Program-made: the position numbers and the translations under genes | Notes under the pieces: generated by a model | Databases searched by the model: none | What the model was told of the DNA's origin: nothing | Seen by the model: the letters and a program-made list of their open reading frames with translations, nothing else | Source: Takakia lepidozioides | Taxonomy: Eukaryota; Plantae; Bryophyta | Assembly: GCA_030704615.1 (NCBI GenBank) | Contig: CM060732.1 | Coordinates: forward strand, 28,892,001-28,956,000 | Direction of reading: 5' to 3' | DNA: 64,000 nucleotides | In this document: positions 7,593-20,999 of the stretch, in pieces | How positions within the stretch are numbered: the first letter of the stretch is position 1 | Layout: every line of letters starts with the position of its first letter

Positions 7593-9949
7593 CATTAGAT
7601 GGAGGGGGATGAGGAGCTCCTTCGAGGGAGGCTTTGTGGATTACAACGGGTCGCACCAACGATGGAGATCCACACAGACACTAGCATGGTCCAAATTACT
7701 CCAATTATATTTTCTCTTTGAAATCGACTGGTTTATAATAGACATTCCACAGTTTTTTCCAAATATAAATTTCCTCTTCGAAATTGGTTGGTTTAGGTCG
7801 GTGCCGACTATGCACTCTTTGACCATTGATTTTTACATGTGCACTAGTTTTTCTCACTTAAACTTGGAGCTCACATGAGCTCATATTTAACTGGAATTCG
7901 TATTAGTGTCTACTGCATGTCATACGATCCCAAGCATTTCTTCGAAATCGTGAGGGTCCAGTCGTTCGCATTTCTGTGGCTTTCTGTGGCTTTTGTGTTC
8001 ATGTAACAATGATTTCTTAAGGATACCGAGGAATCGTCGAGCGGATACTCGCTACCGACCGTGCCACTCTAGCCGAAACAGATAAGAGGACTTAGAAGTT
8101 GGTGCCGACTACCACCACATGAGGTCATCAAAACTGTCTTTTTTACATGTTCTCGGAGAAAATATGTAGTCGGCAACGACTACAGTCGAATTTGTCAGTA
8201 GCTATCATCATGTTGGCGAATAGTCGCTGCCGACTGCCCCCACGCCAGCAGAAAAAAGAGAAGAGGTCACAGAATTCAGTGCCGACTACCACCAACCGGG
8301 ACTATGGTTGCTTCGAAGTCAATTCACATCAAGGGAGGGACCGTGATCACGTGTTGGCCGTCAAGCTGACCACTTCAATTGTTACTAAATTTTTTAACAA
8401 GACGGATACACGCTTCAACAAAAACTATAACGGTGAAGAGAATTTACACGATCTAACAACTTACTGATCACCATAAACTTGAAATATGAACAACGATGAA
8501 AAACTGAAATATGAACGATGTCTGATTGCAGTTCTTCAATATATCACACAAAATAAATAGCTGATCATCACCGCTCATTATAGTTGGTGTACGTCCAAAG
8601 GCTAGACATATTTCTATCAGTATGAGTAAAAAGAGAATGGGAGGCAGAGCGAGCAAGGGAGGCAGAGCGAGCGAGGAAGAAAACTAGATTATGCTTATCG
8701 AGCTTTGAACGGGGCGTGGTGCAAATTCTTGTACTCTGGTTTTTAATTTTCCTTTCTTAATCACTTAGAGGCCAGTAGTCTGGGTGCATTTTGGCTAAGT
8801 CCCTTAATGAAATTTGTTGTTGGTTTCTGCGGATGAAATCGCGGTTTGTCATCCAATGCAAATTTCTGGATGAGAACTTATGCGGATAGATTCCACTCCT
8901 TCACGCGACATTCGGGCTATTAGTCTAGAGCTCCTAGCATAGACACGGGCTGCTCGAGAGGGAGAGTCATCACACCGGGCTTCAAGCACGAGGTTGTGCG
9001 CTTAAGGGATTTGAAGTATTTCGGCGCTCTCTCTATATTTGGCGGTATATTTAGAGCCTGAGGGGCTGCATCTTGTTTTGTGTCAGCAATGGTGTCTGGC
9101 GGGCATCAGATGAGCTGGGATGGGGGCAGTCAGCAACAGACAATGGCGGCGAGGAATTATGAGCGTGATGGAGCTCCAACGATATACAGGAAATGATGGC
9201 ACCGGATATTAGCTTTTGCAATGCCGCTCGACTTCCCTTGGAAAGTAGAGAGGGAGGGGAGAGATGGAGAGTTGTGGATGATCATGAGGAGGACCATAGT
9301 GGAGGAGGAGTGATTCAGCTGTAGGAAAAATATTCTCTTTTGGTTCGATTGTATTTTTGGGGCATGTGAAAGAGCAGTAATATGGAGGTTAAGGTCGTAG
9401 GGTGATGCCTGAGAGAATGCAACGAGACACGATCCGTGAGTTTTTGCCTTATGGCAGCCTACAGGCATGTAAAGGATTTAAATTTTTCCCTTCAATAATC
9501 TTGAATAAAATTCTCAAATGCTACCTCCCCTTTCAAAAAAATAAAATGAACCAAAGCCGGTGGACATCTACACGGCTGTCGGAAAGGTGGTTATTGCATG
9601 CGGGCCCACATGGCTATTGCCTTGGGAAAGTGGCAATTGCATGTGGGGCCCATTTGGCGGCTGCATGCAGCGCTAACCGCTAGGAGCCATCAGAACGGCA
9701 CGACGACGAACCGGTGGTCGATGTAGGGCCCCTGACCACTGCCATCTTGGAAGAGCACAGTAATATCTTTCTTGAAAGTTCAGTAAAAGCACACGTTTCT
9801 TGAGCAGAGTTTGGAGTTCGTTGTTCCTCATAGTGCAGAGCCCAATGGAGCCTAAAACAACTTGCATGAATGTTGTTGAAAGCTCACTAGCACCCCCCAG
9901 CAAAGGATCTTTGTCAAAATGTTGATGCTGTCAGATTTTCGAGCACAAC

Positions 9950-10400
9950 CCTCTACCTTCGAGCACGGAGCAGAGCCGGCACGAGTTTCTTAAAGATCCT
10001 TCACAATGGTGGGACAACCGCAATCGCAAGGTGTGGCTTTTTCTTCATATACGATGTGAAGAAGTTTGTCCATCCTGCAAATGTGGGCTCTTGGCTCCTG
10101 TTAGTACCATGATTTGGTATTCTTCCTTATGTTTACAAGGTTCTTGGGAGAGTAAGCTTGGTCTTAGCAGGCCGTGTGTCAATCTCTGCCTGCTCATCTG
10201 CACCGTGGTGGTTCTCACAGACCAATCCGAGATTACCTGACTACAGACACAAGCAGCACACACAAGATGTCATTTTGGGTTGATGGTCGGTCAAATCCTC
10301 CATGGGTCGTGACACAAGGTCAAGGACAATGTGGTGAGGGCACCTTCTTCTTTGACCTATTTCAGCCTGTTTTGCGCTCTCATCAGATTCGGCCCTGAAT
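9950..10400 (+). pseudogene. Fragment of a PDF-motif (OSB-like organellar ssDNA-binding) gene; inverted copy of ~14140-14790
   Basis: Exon TEQSRHEFLKDPSQWWDNRNRK followed by a GT donor at 10031; near-identical reverse complement at 14140-14790. Confidence 0.65.
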
Positions 10401-10737
10401 TTGCATATTGAATCTGATGTCTGCAAGTTGTAGCCTTTCATTCGCCATATGTTGCAGTGGATCTGTGGTGGTTGGAATGAATTTGACAAGTTAGTGCTGA
10501 TGTGGCAGCTGGGAAGTATCCAAAAACACCTAGTTATCATTCCTGACGTGACGTGGCGCTGACACGTCGGCCGTCACGTCCGACGTGCGTCATGTCACGT
10601 CGAATCCAGATGTTTACCCATGTAATTTTTTTTTTCATTTGACTTTTACGATATACTTCTACCCTTTGTAATGACATGGCAGCCATGGTGTAAAACAAAT
10701 GTGGCCAATTATTAATATTTATTAATTCTTTAAAAAA

Positions 10738-11062
10738 AATGAGTCCGCCTATATTGGCGGTCGCATATAATTTATTATTTTAGCGACCGCCCATATTGGC
10801 GGTCGCTTGTAATTTAATATTTTGTTAAATTAAGCGACAGCCAGTATTGGCGGTCGCCGGTAATTTATTTATTTATAAATGAAGCGACCGCCCATATTGG
10901 CGGTCGCTCGTAATTTATTTATTTTTAAATGAAGCGACCGCCCATATTGGCGGTCGCCCGTAATTTATTAATTTATTTATAAATGAAGCGACCTCCTATA
11001 TTGGCGGTCACCCGTAATTTATTTATTTTTAAATGAAGCGACCGCCCATATTGGCGGTCGCT
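10738..11062. repeat. Array of GCGACCGCC-N5-GGCGGTCGC hairpins separated by AT-rich spacers (about 7 units)
   Basis: Directly visible; same family as 32774-34365. Confidence 0.9.
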
Positions 11063-11247
11063 CTTCTTGTTTTTATACGCCACGTGTCATACTGCGACGC
11101 CATCCCGACTGCAGAGGAGGGAATCAGACGTCAACATGTGTCGCATCGTGATTTTGACACGTGGTTCCTCATGTCAATTGACACGCGCCGCTGTGGGTGG
11201 GGGGGGGGGGGTTTGGGGATTTAATTTATTGTTATTATAATTACTAT

Positions 11248-11555
11248 TGGACTAAGACCAGAGTTGCAAAAGAAAGTGGATATGTTACCCCATAATACAG
11301 TGGAGGCAGCATTTGAAACAACGAACAAAATTGAGCAATTGGGAATGCTCAGGAGAGAGAAAAGGGATGATGAAGACTCTGAGGATGAGGAAGAAGAGCA
11401 AGAGTTGAAAAGGAAGAGTAAGAGAAATGAGAAGTTGAAGAGGGATAACTATGAGAAAAGATTAGAAGAAATCTTGAAGAAGTATGCCACAGAGGCTGCA
11501 ACACATTGGAGGAAGGGTGTTTGGTGTGCAAAGTGCCAGAATGAAGGTCATACTC
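11248..11555 (+). pseudogene. Isolated fragment of the large gypsy family gag
   Basis: QKKVDMLPHNTVE...GVWCAKCQNEGHT is nearly identical to the gag at ~16060-16360 and ~63540-63860. Confidence 0.9.
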
Positions 11556-11619
11556 TTAGATAAAATATTTATTCGCTCAGATACCAAAACACACCCTTAC
11601 GGGGAAGGAGAGTTTGCCT

Positions 11620-12750
11620 TAGTGCCTATGCTGAATTGCGTCTGCTACTCTCTGTAATCTAACAGGCATTCATTTTTTTGCCTCTGTTGTTCCACCATTG
11701 ACTGGGGTCAGAAAAGTTCATTCCACAGCTTCTCCTCATCTCTGTTACCTGTTTATGGATACTTTTTTATTGTCACTTTGGCAGTATCATGTCAAAGTCA
11801 CTCCAAACTATCTACCATCTACCCATGCAGGTTTCTTGTAGCTATCCTTCCACAGGGAATCATCGGTAATCTGGACCTTGAAATCCGGCTTTCTTGGATG
11901 ATCTGGACCCACACTCTATCCTTGCTCCTTCAGCTATCCATGCCTCTGCACAGATCATGCATATATCCTTGCATTGCTGTTAGCAGCTGACAATGACAAC
12001 CTACATTTGTTCCAGCAAACACCCAACTCAACTTACCACACTAGTTCCTATTCTCAATTGCATCTGCTACTCTCTGTAATCCAACAGGCATTTACCTTTT
12101 TGCCTCGGTTGTCCTACCATTGACTGGGGCCAGAAAAGTATTCATTCCACAGCTTCCCCTCATCTCCGTTAACTATTTTTCGATACTTTCATGTTGTCAC
12201 ATTGGCAATATCATGTCAAAGTCACTCCAAACTAGATTCACTCAACCAGCTAACTTGCAGACATTGAAATTTAGGGCCGGTTCTGATAAGAGGGAAAAAC
12301 AGGGTGAAATGTGTTGAAGAAGGTGCCTTTATTAGCAGTGCTTGATTTTATCAATTGTGCCGCTACTCCTGCGACTTCCAGTTCACCATCTACCCATGCA
12401 GGTTTCTTATAGCTAAATCCACAGGTAATCATAGGTAATCATGTGCTTGAAATCTGGCCCTCTTGGATGAATCTGGACCCATACTCTATCCCTGCTCTTT
12501 CAGCTATCACTGCTTCTGCACAAATCATGCATACTTCCTTGCCTTGCAGCTGATAATGACAACCTAGATTTGTTCTAGGAAACACCCAACTCAGTTTATC
12601 ACACTAGTTCCTATGCTGAATTGCGTATGCCCTCTATAATCTAACAGGCATTAACCTTTTTCCCTCGGTTGTCCCACCATTCCACAACTTCTCCTCGTCT
12701 CTGTGACCTGTTTCTGGATACTTTCCTATTGTCACATTGGGTCATGTCAA
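11620..12750 (-). pseudogene. Tandemly duplicated exon/intron fragments encoding PDF motifs (OSB-like)
   Basis: Minus-strand exons DEGKLWNEYFSGPSQW*DNRGKK followed by GT, HPRKPDFKVQITDDSLWKDSYKKPAWVDG (~11810-11900) and PRGPDFKHMIT (~12440-12465); about three decayed units. Confidence 0.7.
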
Positions 12751-12759
12751 AGTTCAGAT

Positions 12760-13680
12760 CGACATCTTGTACAATTCCAGCTTGGACGATGTTACCACGA
12801 ACCTCTTTGCTATTTTGCACGGCTGCTAGGTTTGTACACATGTTGCAAATGTAACAAACGCGATGTGGTTGCGCTGCAGTATCCCTTCCCACACCACTTG
12901 CTCATAGACCTCTCCAAAGGGCCTCCATCCCGCGCCGCTGTTGTGCATATCCTGGGATCATCATCCTCCATGCACCCCAATTTGGCATACAAGTCCACAA
13001 GGGCATAGTTCAGAACAACATTTGTTTAATTCTAGCTTGGACGATGTCATCACAAACCCCGTCTTCACTCATTGCCTACTCTAGTTAAGTGCAATTATGG
13101 GCTAGGCTGGTACCACATCTCATTCAGCCATATTATCAAAACAGCAATGTATCCTTGTAGTTGCACCCTGCAACCTTGGCATACATGTCCATTACGACAA
13201 CGTTCAGAATCACGTCAGATATAATACCAGCTTTGATAATATCACCGTGGACCTCTGTACCCTTTTTCAGGGCTGCCAGGCATGCATTTGACATACATAT
13301 CCACCAAGGCAGTGTTTAGAGTGACATCTAGTGGTACAATTCCAGATTTGATAATGGACCTTTGCGTCCTTTCCAGGGCTACTAGGCTCGCATTTGACAT
13401 ACACACCAGGGGAATGTTCAGAATGACATCAGGTACAATTCCAGCTTTGATGATGTCACCATGAACCTCTTGGCCCCTTCCCAGGGCTGCCTTACTCCCA
13501 CACCTATGCTACACACACCTTACAATCATGGCAGTCCACAACACCACATCTCATTTAGCCATGTTGTCGAACTCTCCCTTTGCATCAGGCTTGTTGCACC
13601 CACATTTGGCATACATGTCCACTAGGGCAGTGGACATAATGACAACTAGTACAATTTCAGCTTTGACGATGGCACATGGC
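12760..13680 (-). pseudogene. PLS-class pentatricopeptide repeat gene fragments
   Basis: VIMSTALVDMYAKCGC...FDNMAK*DVVLWTAMI, GQEVHGDIIKAGIVPDV and LVDLYAKLGCME, with stops and frameshifts. Confidence 0.8.
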
Positions 13681-13729
13681 CAAGAGATATCCCAATATCC
13701 CGCTACCAATGGGTTCAATGCATACTCTT

Positions 13730-14880
13730 GTCACATTGGCAGTATCATGTCAAAGTCACTCCAACTAGATTCACTCAACCAGCTAACTTGCAGAATTGAA
13801 CATGAAAATTTAGGGCCGATTCTGATAAGAGGGGAAAATAGGGTGAAATGTGTTTCAGAAGGTGCCTTCATTAGCAGTGCTTGATTTTATCAATTGTGTC
13901 GCTGCTGCTGCGGCTTCCAATTGACCATCTACCCATGCAGGTTTCTTGTATCTATCCTTCCACATGGAATCATAGATAATCTGGAGCTTGAAATCTGGCC
14001 CTCTTCCACACTCTATCCCTGCTCCTTCAGCTATCTATGCCTCTGCACAAAATCATGCATACAACAATCATTCCAGCAAACACCCCCAACCCTACTTATC
14101 AATGAGCAACGAGCTAACTTACATAATTCAATATGCATCTCAAGGCCGAGTCTGATGAGAGGGCAAAACAGGCTGAAATAGGACGAAGAAGAACCCATAG
14201 AGGATTTGACCGACCATCAACCCAAAAGGACCTCTTGTGTGTGCTGTTTGTGTCTTGTAGTCAGGTAATGTCGGATTGGTCTGTGAGAACCAGCACGGTG
14301 TAGATGAACGGCCTACTAAGACCAAGCTGACTCTCCCAAGAACCTTGAAACATCAGGAAGAATACCAAATCATGGTACTAACAGGAGCCAACAGCCCACA
14401 TTTGCAGGATGAACAAACTTCTTCACATCGTACATTAAGGAAAAACCACACCTTGCCATTGCGGTTGTCGCACCATCGTGAAGGATCTTTAAAAATCTCA
14501 TGCCAACTCTGCTCCGTGCTGCAAATGAAGGGCCGAGTCTGATGAGAGGGCAAAACAGGCTGAAATAGGTCGAAGAAGAAGGTGTCCTCACCACATTGTC
14601 TTCGACCTTGTGTCATGACCCACGGAGGATTTGACTGACCATGAACCCAAGAGGACCTCTTCAGTGTGCTGCTTGTTTCTGTAGTCAGGTAATGTCGGAT
14701 TGGTCTGTGAGAACCACCACGGTGCAAACTGAGCGGGTAGAGATTGAAACACGGTCTGCTAAGACCAAGCTGACTCTCCCAAGAACGACGAGCTCCCAGC
14801 CAATACCCTAGCGTTTCTAGGGTTGCTTGCTTCAGATGCAAAGGTTGCTCCAACTGCGGCCTCCCATGCATGTTTGCTTT
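13730..14880 (-). pseudogene. Further PDF-motif gene fragments, possibly including the 5' end of the source gene
   Basis: WHEIFKDPSRWCDNRNGK followed by GT; NPTLPDY...NPPWV; 13730-14060 repeats ~12200-12530. Confidence 0.6.
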
Positions 14881-15359
14881 CCCTCCCGCTCGCTCTAAGT
14901 CCCAGCCCTCTCTCTCTATCTCCCTCCCTCCCGCTCACTCTAATTCTATTCACGGCTACCGTGATGGGCAACTTTTTAAGTTTTTTAACCTTCTTGCAAA
15001 CCCTATAAGCAATTTTTTGATTTTTTAAAAAAATAAATTAAAGTAAGCCTCAGGCCCTTGAGGAGGGGGAAAAATTAACCCCCTTTCATTTGGGCCATGA
15101 GACCTACAGGATGATCAACGCCCAAACATATCGTCACGAACAATCCCACACACGGGGTAGGGCAGCAGGTTTGAACCCCGAACCACCGGGGCGACACACT
15201 GTGCACCTCTAGCCAATGTGTTTTTTTCAAATCTTTTGCACTTTGATTTTTTTTTTTAAAAATTCATTCTAGTGGTTAGAGTCTTCGACATTTTTTCAAA
15301 ATATAAATATTGATATATTATATATATAACCAGAAAAACATGTGTCGACACGTGCAGTC

Positions 15360-15684
15360 ATGTAGTGATTCATCCATGTAATGATCTGGCAGAATGCATT
15401 AGAGTGAGAGTCATAAAGTCATATGTCCGTCTAGCAATTTGTACACGTCATTCCAGTGTAGGTATGACCGTGACTGGTAGTCATATCTGCCATGCCAATA
15501 TTTGTGGTCAAACATATTTGACCTGTGTTGCGCAGAGTCTGGAGTCATGCAATCGCATATATGCCTTCCCCGGACCTGCGTTATGACTTCAAAAGGTATC
15601 TACGACTTCAAATGGCATTTATTCCACAAATCTGTCATGACTGCGCAGCCATGGGAGTCATAAAAGCCGCAATCTGTTATAGTG
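15360..15684 (+). mobile_element. CACTA (En/Spm) transposon right terminus with subterminal ATGACT/AGTCAT repeats
   Basis: Ends ...AAAAGCCGCAATCTGTTATAGTG; the reverse complement matches the TIR at 27993 over ~30 bp; followed by CCA. Confidence 0.85.
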
Positions 15685-16770
15685 CCACCTTTTCCAATAC
15701 ATTCAGGAAAAGGGGATCATGATGTACACATTAGCCAATTTGAGCACATGTGTATTGTGAACAATGAGAATGGCGATGATGCCAATATGAGACTGTTTCC
15801 TTGTTCACTTATAAAGAAAGCAAGTGAATGGTATGCAAGATTCCCTGATAATCATTTCTTAACCTGGAATGGCTTGAATACATTCCGAAATAGGTTCAGG
15901 ACAAGTAAAACTGAGGATGAAGTATATGGAAGTCTACAACAGTTAAAGCAAAAGAAGCATGAAACTGTTGAGGAGTATATGGAAAAGATGGAATTGATGA
16001 TGAAAAAGCTGGCTGTTGTACCAGCACCAGGTTTACAGAAGACTTGGTTTGTGAGTGGACTAAGGACAGAGTTTCAAAAGAAAGTGGATATGTTACCCCA
16101 TAATACAGTGGAGGAGGCATTTGAAACAGCGAACAGAATTGAGCAATTGGGAATGCTCAGGAGAGAGAAAAGGGATGATGAAGACTCTGAGGATGAGTCA
16201 GATGAGGAAGAAGAGCAAGAGCTTAAAAAGAAGAGTAAGAGGAAGAGGGATAACTATGAGAAAAGATTAGAAGAAATCTTGAAGAAGTATGCCACAGAGG
16301 CTGCAACACATTGGAGGAAGGGTGTTTGGTGTGCAAATTGTCAGAATGAAGGCCATACCACCACTGAATGCCACATGAAGGAGAAACACTGTACTATCTG
16401 TAAAATGGATAACCATTCTACTGAGAATTGTTACTACAACAGAAGGACAACAGCAAGAGAACCTAGGCAAGTAAGGGTGCATCAAGTGCAGCCCCAACCA
16501 AGAAGAAACAGTGATCAGGACCACTATGGTAGGCCTGGTGGTTATAACAATGACATGGAAGGGAGAGGTAATCCAAGAGGGAATTACCAAGGAAATTCCA
16601 GAGGCAACTATCAGGGTAATCCAAGGGGGAATTACCAGCCAGGGAATCAGGATTACAGAAACAATCCCATAACAAACCAAGGACGAGGACCTAATGGGGA
16701 AGAACTGTGTTACTATTGTAATCAGGCAGGACATCGCAAGGCAGCCTGTCCATTCTGGATGAGACACTAG
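15685..16770 (+). pseudogene. gag with CCHC zinc knuckles; premature TAG
   Basis: Retrotransposon gag domain, CANCQNEGHTTTEC, CTICKMDNHSTENC, CYYCNQAGHRKAAC; the TAG is CAG in copy 2. Confidence 0.9.
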
Positions 16771-19700
16771 AATGAGATGAGAGCTCCAATGAATGAGGGG
16801 CCAGTGGTGGCAGCTCACATGGTTAGGCCATGTGTTGTACCAGAAGTAAGTACAATGATAGTAACCAGAAGCAAAGCCAAAATAATACCTCCAGTAGATG
16901 AGGAAGGTGATGATAATGAAGATGGCAGTGATGTGCCTGAAGATGATGAGGCTTGGAGAGATGAGAAGGAACTGCACAAAGAAGTGGCAGATACCATAAG
17001 GGAAATGCAGAAGAGTACTGATATTCCTATGGCAGATTCTTCTGATTCTGAAAGAGAAGAGGAAGTGAGTGAGGATGAAGGGAAGAAAGAAGCTGCAGAA
17101 ATGCAGAGTAATGAAGGGACTTTAGCTGAAGTAATATGCCAGTCCAAAGCGGAGATTACCATTGGACAGCTATTGGCTGTGGCACCTTATTGTAGACACA
17201 GGCTATATCAAGCAATCAATCGAATTGCCCATGTGACAGGGAACACAGACCTGAACAGCAAGGTGACCAGTGATAATGTGAAGCCGGAAGGGCGAGAAAC
17301 AGTCATGGACTTTGATGATTCTATGCCAGTAATCCAATTGAGAATTGGAAGCACAGAACTAACTGATGTACTGATAGATGGAGGCTCTGGAGTGAATATC
17401 ATGACAGACCAATTAAGGCAGAAGCTTGGTCTAAGTAACATGAAACCAGCCCCATTTACATTAACAATGGCAGATCAAAGAAGTGTCATGGAAGCTTACT
17501 CCTTATTGTTGGGTCGACCGTGGCTGAAACAGGCTAGGGTATTCCATGATTGGAATTCCCAGTTACTAACTGTGCATGATGGGATGCACAAGATACAAAT
17601 CACCACTAAGAAATCTAGTAGATTACCTACTACGAGAAGACCTCGAGGGGTCAGGGAGTATGACTGGAGGGGAGGACTTGATGAGGAGCAGGAAGCTACC
17701 CTGTTCGCTGCACACCCAGATTGGGAGCAGGTTGCAGAGATGCAACTAGAAGGCCTAAGTTGTTTAAAATGTATCTGCTGTGGTGTAGTGACAGCAACAC
17801 CAATTGAGGGTGAAACAAACAGTTATCCACCACATTTCTATGAAGAAAGAGAGGGAGAAATGGAAATCCTAGAGGAACCAGCCACTGTGAGTTTACAGGA
17901 TGAAGTGGTGACTGGTTGGACAATCATAGCTGATGAGCAGGTGAGAGAAGTGAATGTGGGAACTGAAGAGGAACCGAGGATGGTGAAGGTGGGGGCTGAT
18001 TTGGAGCCAGAATTCTTTGAGGAAGCTAAGAGTTTGTTCATCAAATACAGAGATGTATTTGCTTGGAGCTATGAGGATCTAAAAAAGATACCACCTGAGA
18101 TCTGTCAGCATAAGATTGAACTGGAACCAGGGTCAGTACCAATCAAACAGGCAAGGTACATAATGAATCCCAACTATGCACAGAAGGTTGGAGAAGAGAT
18201 CAAGAAGTTGGCTGAGGCTAAGTTTATATACCCGATAGAGTATACAACTTGGTTGTCAACCATTGTGATAGTTCCCAAGAAGAATGGTAAACTGAGAGTT
18301 TGTGTGAACTATAAGAAGTTGAATGCTTGCACGAAGAAAGATCCTTTCCCTTTGCCATTCACAGAAGCGGTATTGGACACTGTGGCAGGCCATGAGATGT
18401 ACTCATTCATGGATGGCTTCAGTGGTTATAATCAAGTGCAAGTGGCAGAAGAAGACCAGGGAAAGACAGCTTTCATCACACATTGGGGTGCTTATGCATA
18501 CAAAGTCATGCCTTTTGGACTTTGTAATGCACCAGCAACCTTTCAGAGAGTGATAAGTGAATCTTTTCATGAGTATCTGGATGATTTCAGTGTGTACAGC
18601 TCTAAGAATGAGCACTTGCATAAATTGGAGTTATGTTTGGCCAGATGTAGGATGAGAGGTTTGGGCCTAAACGCAGAGAAGTGTACTTTCTGTGTGAACT
18701 CATGGGTGCTTTTGGGACACATTGTGTGTAAGAGGGGACCAGAAAGACAGAGGCCATTAAAGCCTCTCCACCACTAGTAAATGTTAAGAGTCTAAGGAGA
18801 TTCCTTGGACAAACCAGTTATTACAGAAGATTTGTCAGACGGTATGCACAGATAGCAACACCATTGAGCAAGCTTCTGGAGAAAGATGCAGTGTTTGCAT
18901 GGACAGTTGAATGTCAACAGGCTTTTGAGGAACTTACATTGTCAGTAACAACTACACCTGTGCTGATTAACCCTCATTGGCATGTAGTATTTCATGTTCA
19001 CTATGATGCCTCAGGAGAAGCGTTGGGAGCAGTGTTAGCCCAAAATGTTACAGGAAATATAAATACACCTGTGTACTATGCTAGCAGGTTGATGAACAAT
19101 GCTGAAAGGAACTATAGCACAACTAAAAGAGAAGCACTGGCAATGATTTATGTAGTCAAGAAATTCAGGCATTACCTATTGGGAAGGAAGTTTATGTTTT
19201 ATGTGGATCACCAGGCTCTGATATATTTGGTGAACAAACTTTTGATTAAGTGGAAGGATAGCAAGGTGGTTAATAATCTTGCACGAGTTTGAGTTCGAAG
19301 TTGTTTACAAGCCTGGCCGTTTGCATCTTGTGGCAGATCATTTGTCACGCCTATCAACAAGAGAGCCCGCCACAGGAGTAGACGACCAATTACCTGATGC
19401 GAGTTTATTTGCAGTGGAGGTGCAGGGAAGTGCAGATGACTGGTTGGATTGGCAGTGGCCAATCAGATACTACCTTACTCATGGTCAGTGCCCACCTAGT
19501 TATGGAAAGGAGCAGAGTAAGAGAATCGCTATCAAGGCTTTACCTTATACTATGGTAGGGGGCAGAATGTATAAGCTAGGACCTGATGGAGTACTTAAAC
19601 GATGCTTGTACCACCATGAAGTAAATAAAGTTTTGGAGGAAGTTCATAAAGGAGTGGCTGGAGGTCATTTTGGAGAAAAGACTACCAGTAGGAAGATACT

Positions 19701-20800
19701 ACTTGCAGGTTACTGGTGGCCTACTTTGTTCAAAGATGTACACAAGTATTGTCAGAGTTGTGATGAGTGTCAGAGGCTAGGACCATTGCAGAGATCTGGA
19801 AAGATGGCTTTGCATCCTACAATGCCTACTGAACCATTTCAGAAAATGGGGACTAGACTTTGTTGGACCAATTAACCCACCAGCCAAGAATACACAGAAC
19901 AAGTATATAATCACAGCCACTGATTATACTACAAAGTGGGTGGAAGCTAAAGCTCTGAGGGACAACACAGCTAAGTCCACAGCAAGGTTCCTGTATGAGA
20001 ACATACTTACACGATTTGGCTGTCCCCTAGAATTTATCAGTGACCAGGGAAGTCACTTCATTAATGAGACCATTGAACTATTGACTAAAGAGTTCATGAT
20101 TGTGCATAAGAAGAGTACAACTTATTACCCACAGGGTAATGGGCGGGCAGAGGATACCAACATGTACTATCTTGGCAAAGATAGTCAATGCAAACAAAAT
20201 AGATTAGGATACAAAGCTGCTGACAGCTTTGTGGTCATACATGACTTCATATAAAGTCACCACTAAGTATACACCATTCCAATTAGTTTATGGTATGGAA
20301 GCTTTACTTCCAGTGGAATTCTTTGTTACCTACCATGAGAACTGAATGGGGAAGGAGAATGGAATTGGAAGATTCAATTAAGGTCAGGAAACATGAATTA
20401 TACCATGTGGAAGAAGTACGTGCTGATGCAGCTGATAACATGACCAGAATTCAGATGAAGGATCAGTTTGATAAAGGTAAATTAAAGACTTTTAAGTCGG
20501 GAGATTTGGTACTGTGGTCGCAGAAGAAGGGGAAGATTAAAGCTTATAAGCTTAAATCACCATGGAAATGACCTTATGTCATATAGAAGATGTATGATAA
20601 TAACACCGCCATGTTACAAACCATTAACAAAGAAATGATGGGAAGAGTCAATGCCAATAAGTTGAAGGGGTACAGTGGTATCCATGACAAACCATTGCAG
20701 CACGATTTGTATGTTGAAACGCAAAAACAGTCACGGGCTGCGCCAGTGATATCAATGGAGTACGGAGCACTTGTCGCTAAGTCGAGTGTGTATGACTAGG
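16771..20800 (+). pseudogene. pol (protease, RT, RNase H, integrase), disrupted
   Basis: LIDGGSG, DGFSGYNQV, YLDDF, DASGEALGAVL, HKGVAGGH...CDEC, SDQGSHF spread over several frames. Confidence 0.92.
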
Positions 20801-20825
20801 GCGGGAAGTACAGGTGTTTGAATAG

Positions 20826-20940
20826 ATATCACAGCCCATCACAACGTGACACAGCCTATCACAGCCCATCACAGTGTCACACAGCCTATCACAGCCCACC
20901 ACAGTGCCACACAGCCTATCACAGCCCAACACAGCCCATG
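20826..20940 (+). repeat. CACAGCC-rich minisatellite between pol and the extra ORF
   Basis: CACAGCCTATCACAGCCC units; homologous to 58585-58950 and to the LTR repeats. Confidence 0.85.
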
Positions 20941-20999
20941 CAAGTTACACAGTCCCTTAGGTCAGTGACAGGTGGACGCGGGTTAACGTCAGAAAAGTG

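Noticed and set aside
16768-16770. Stop-codon readthrough at the end of gag in copy 1
   Set aside because: Copy 2 has CAG (Gln) here; a simple C-to-T mutation.
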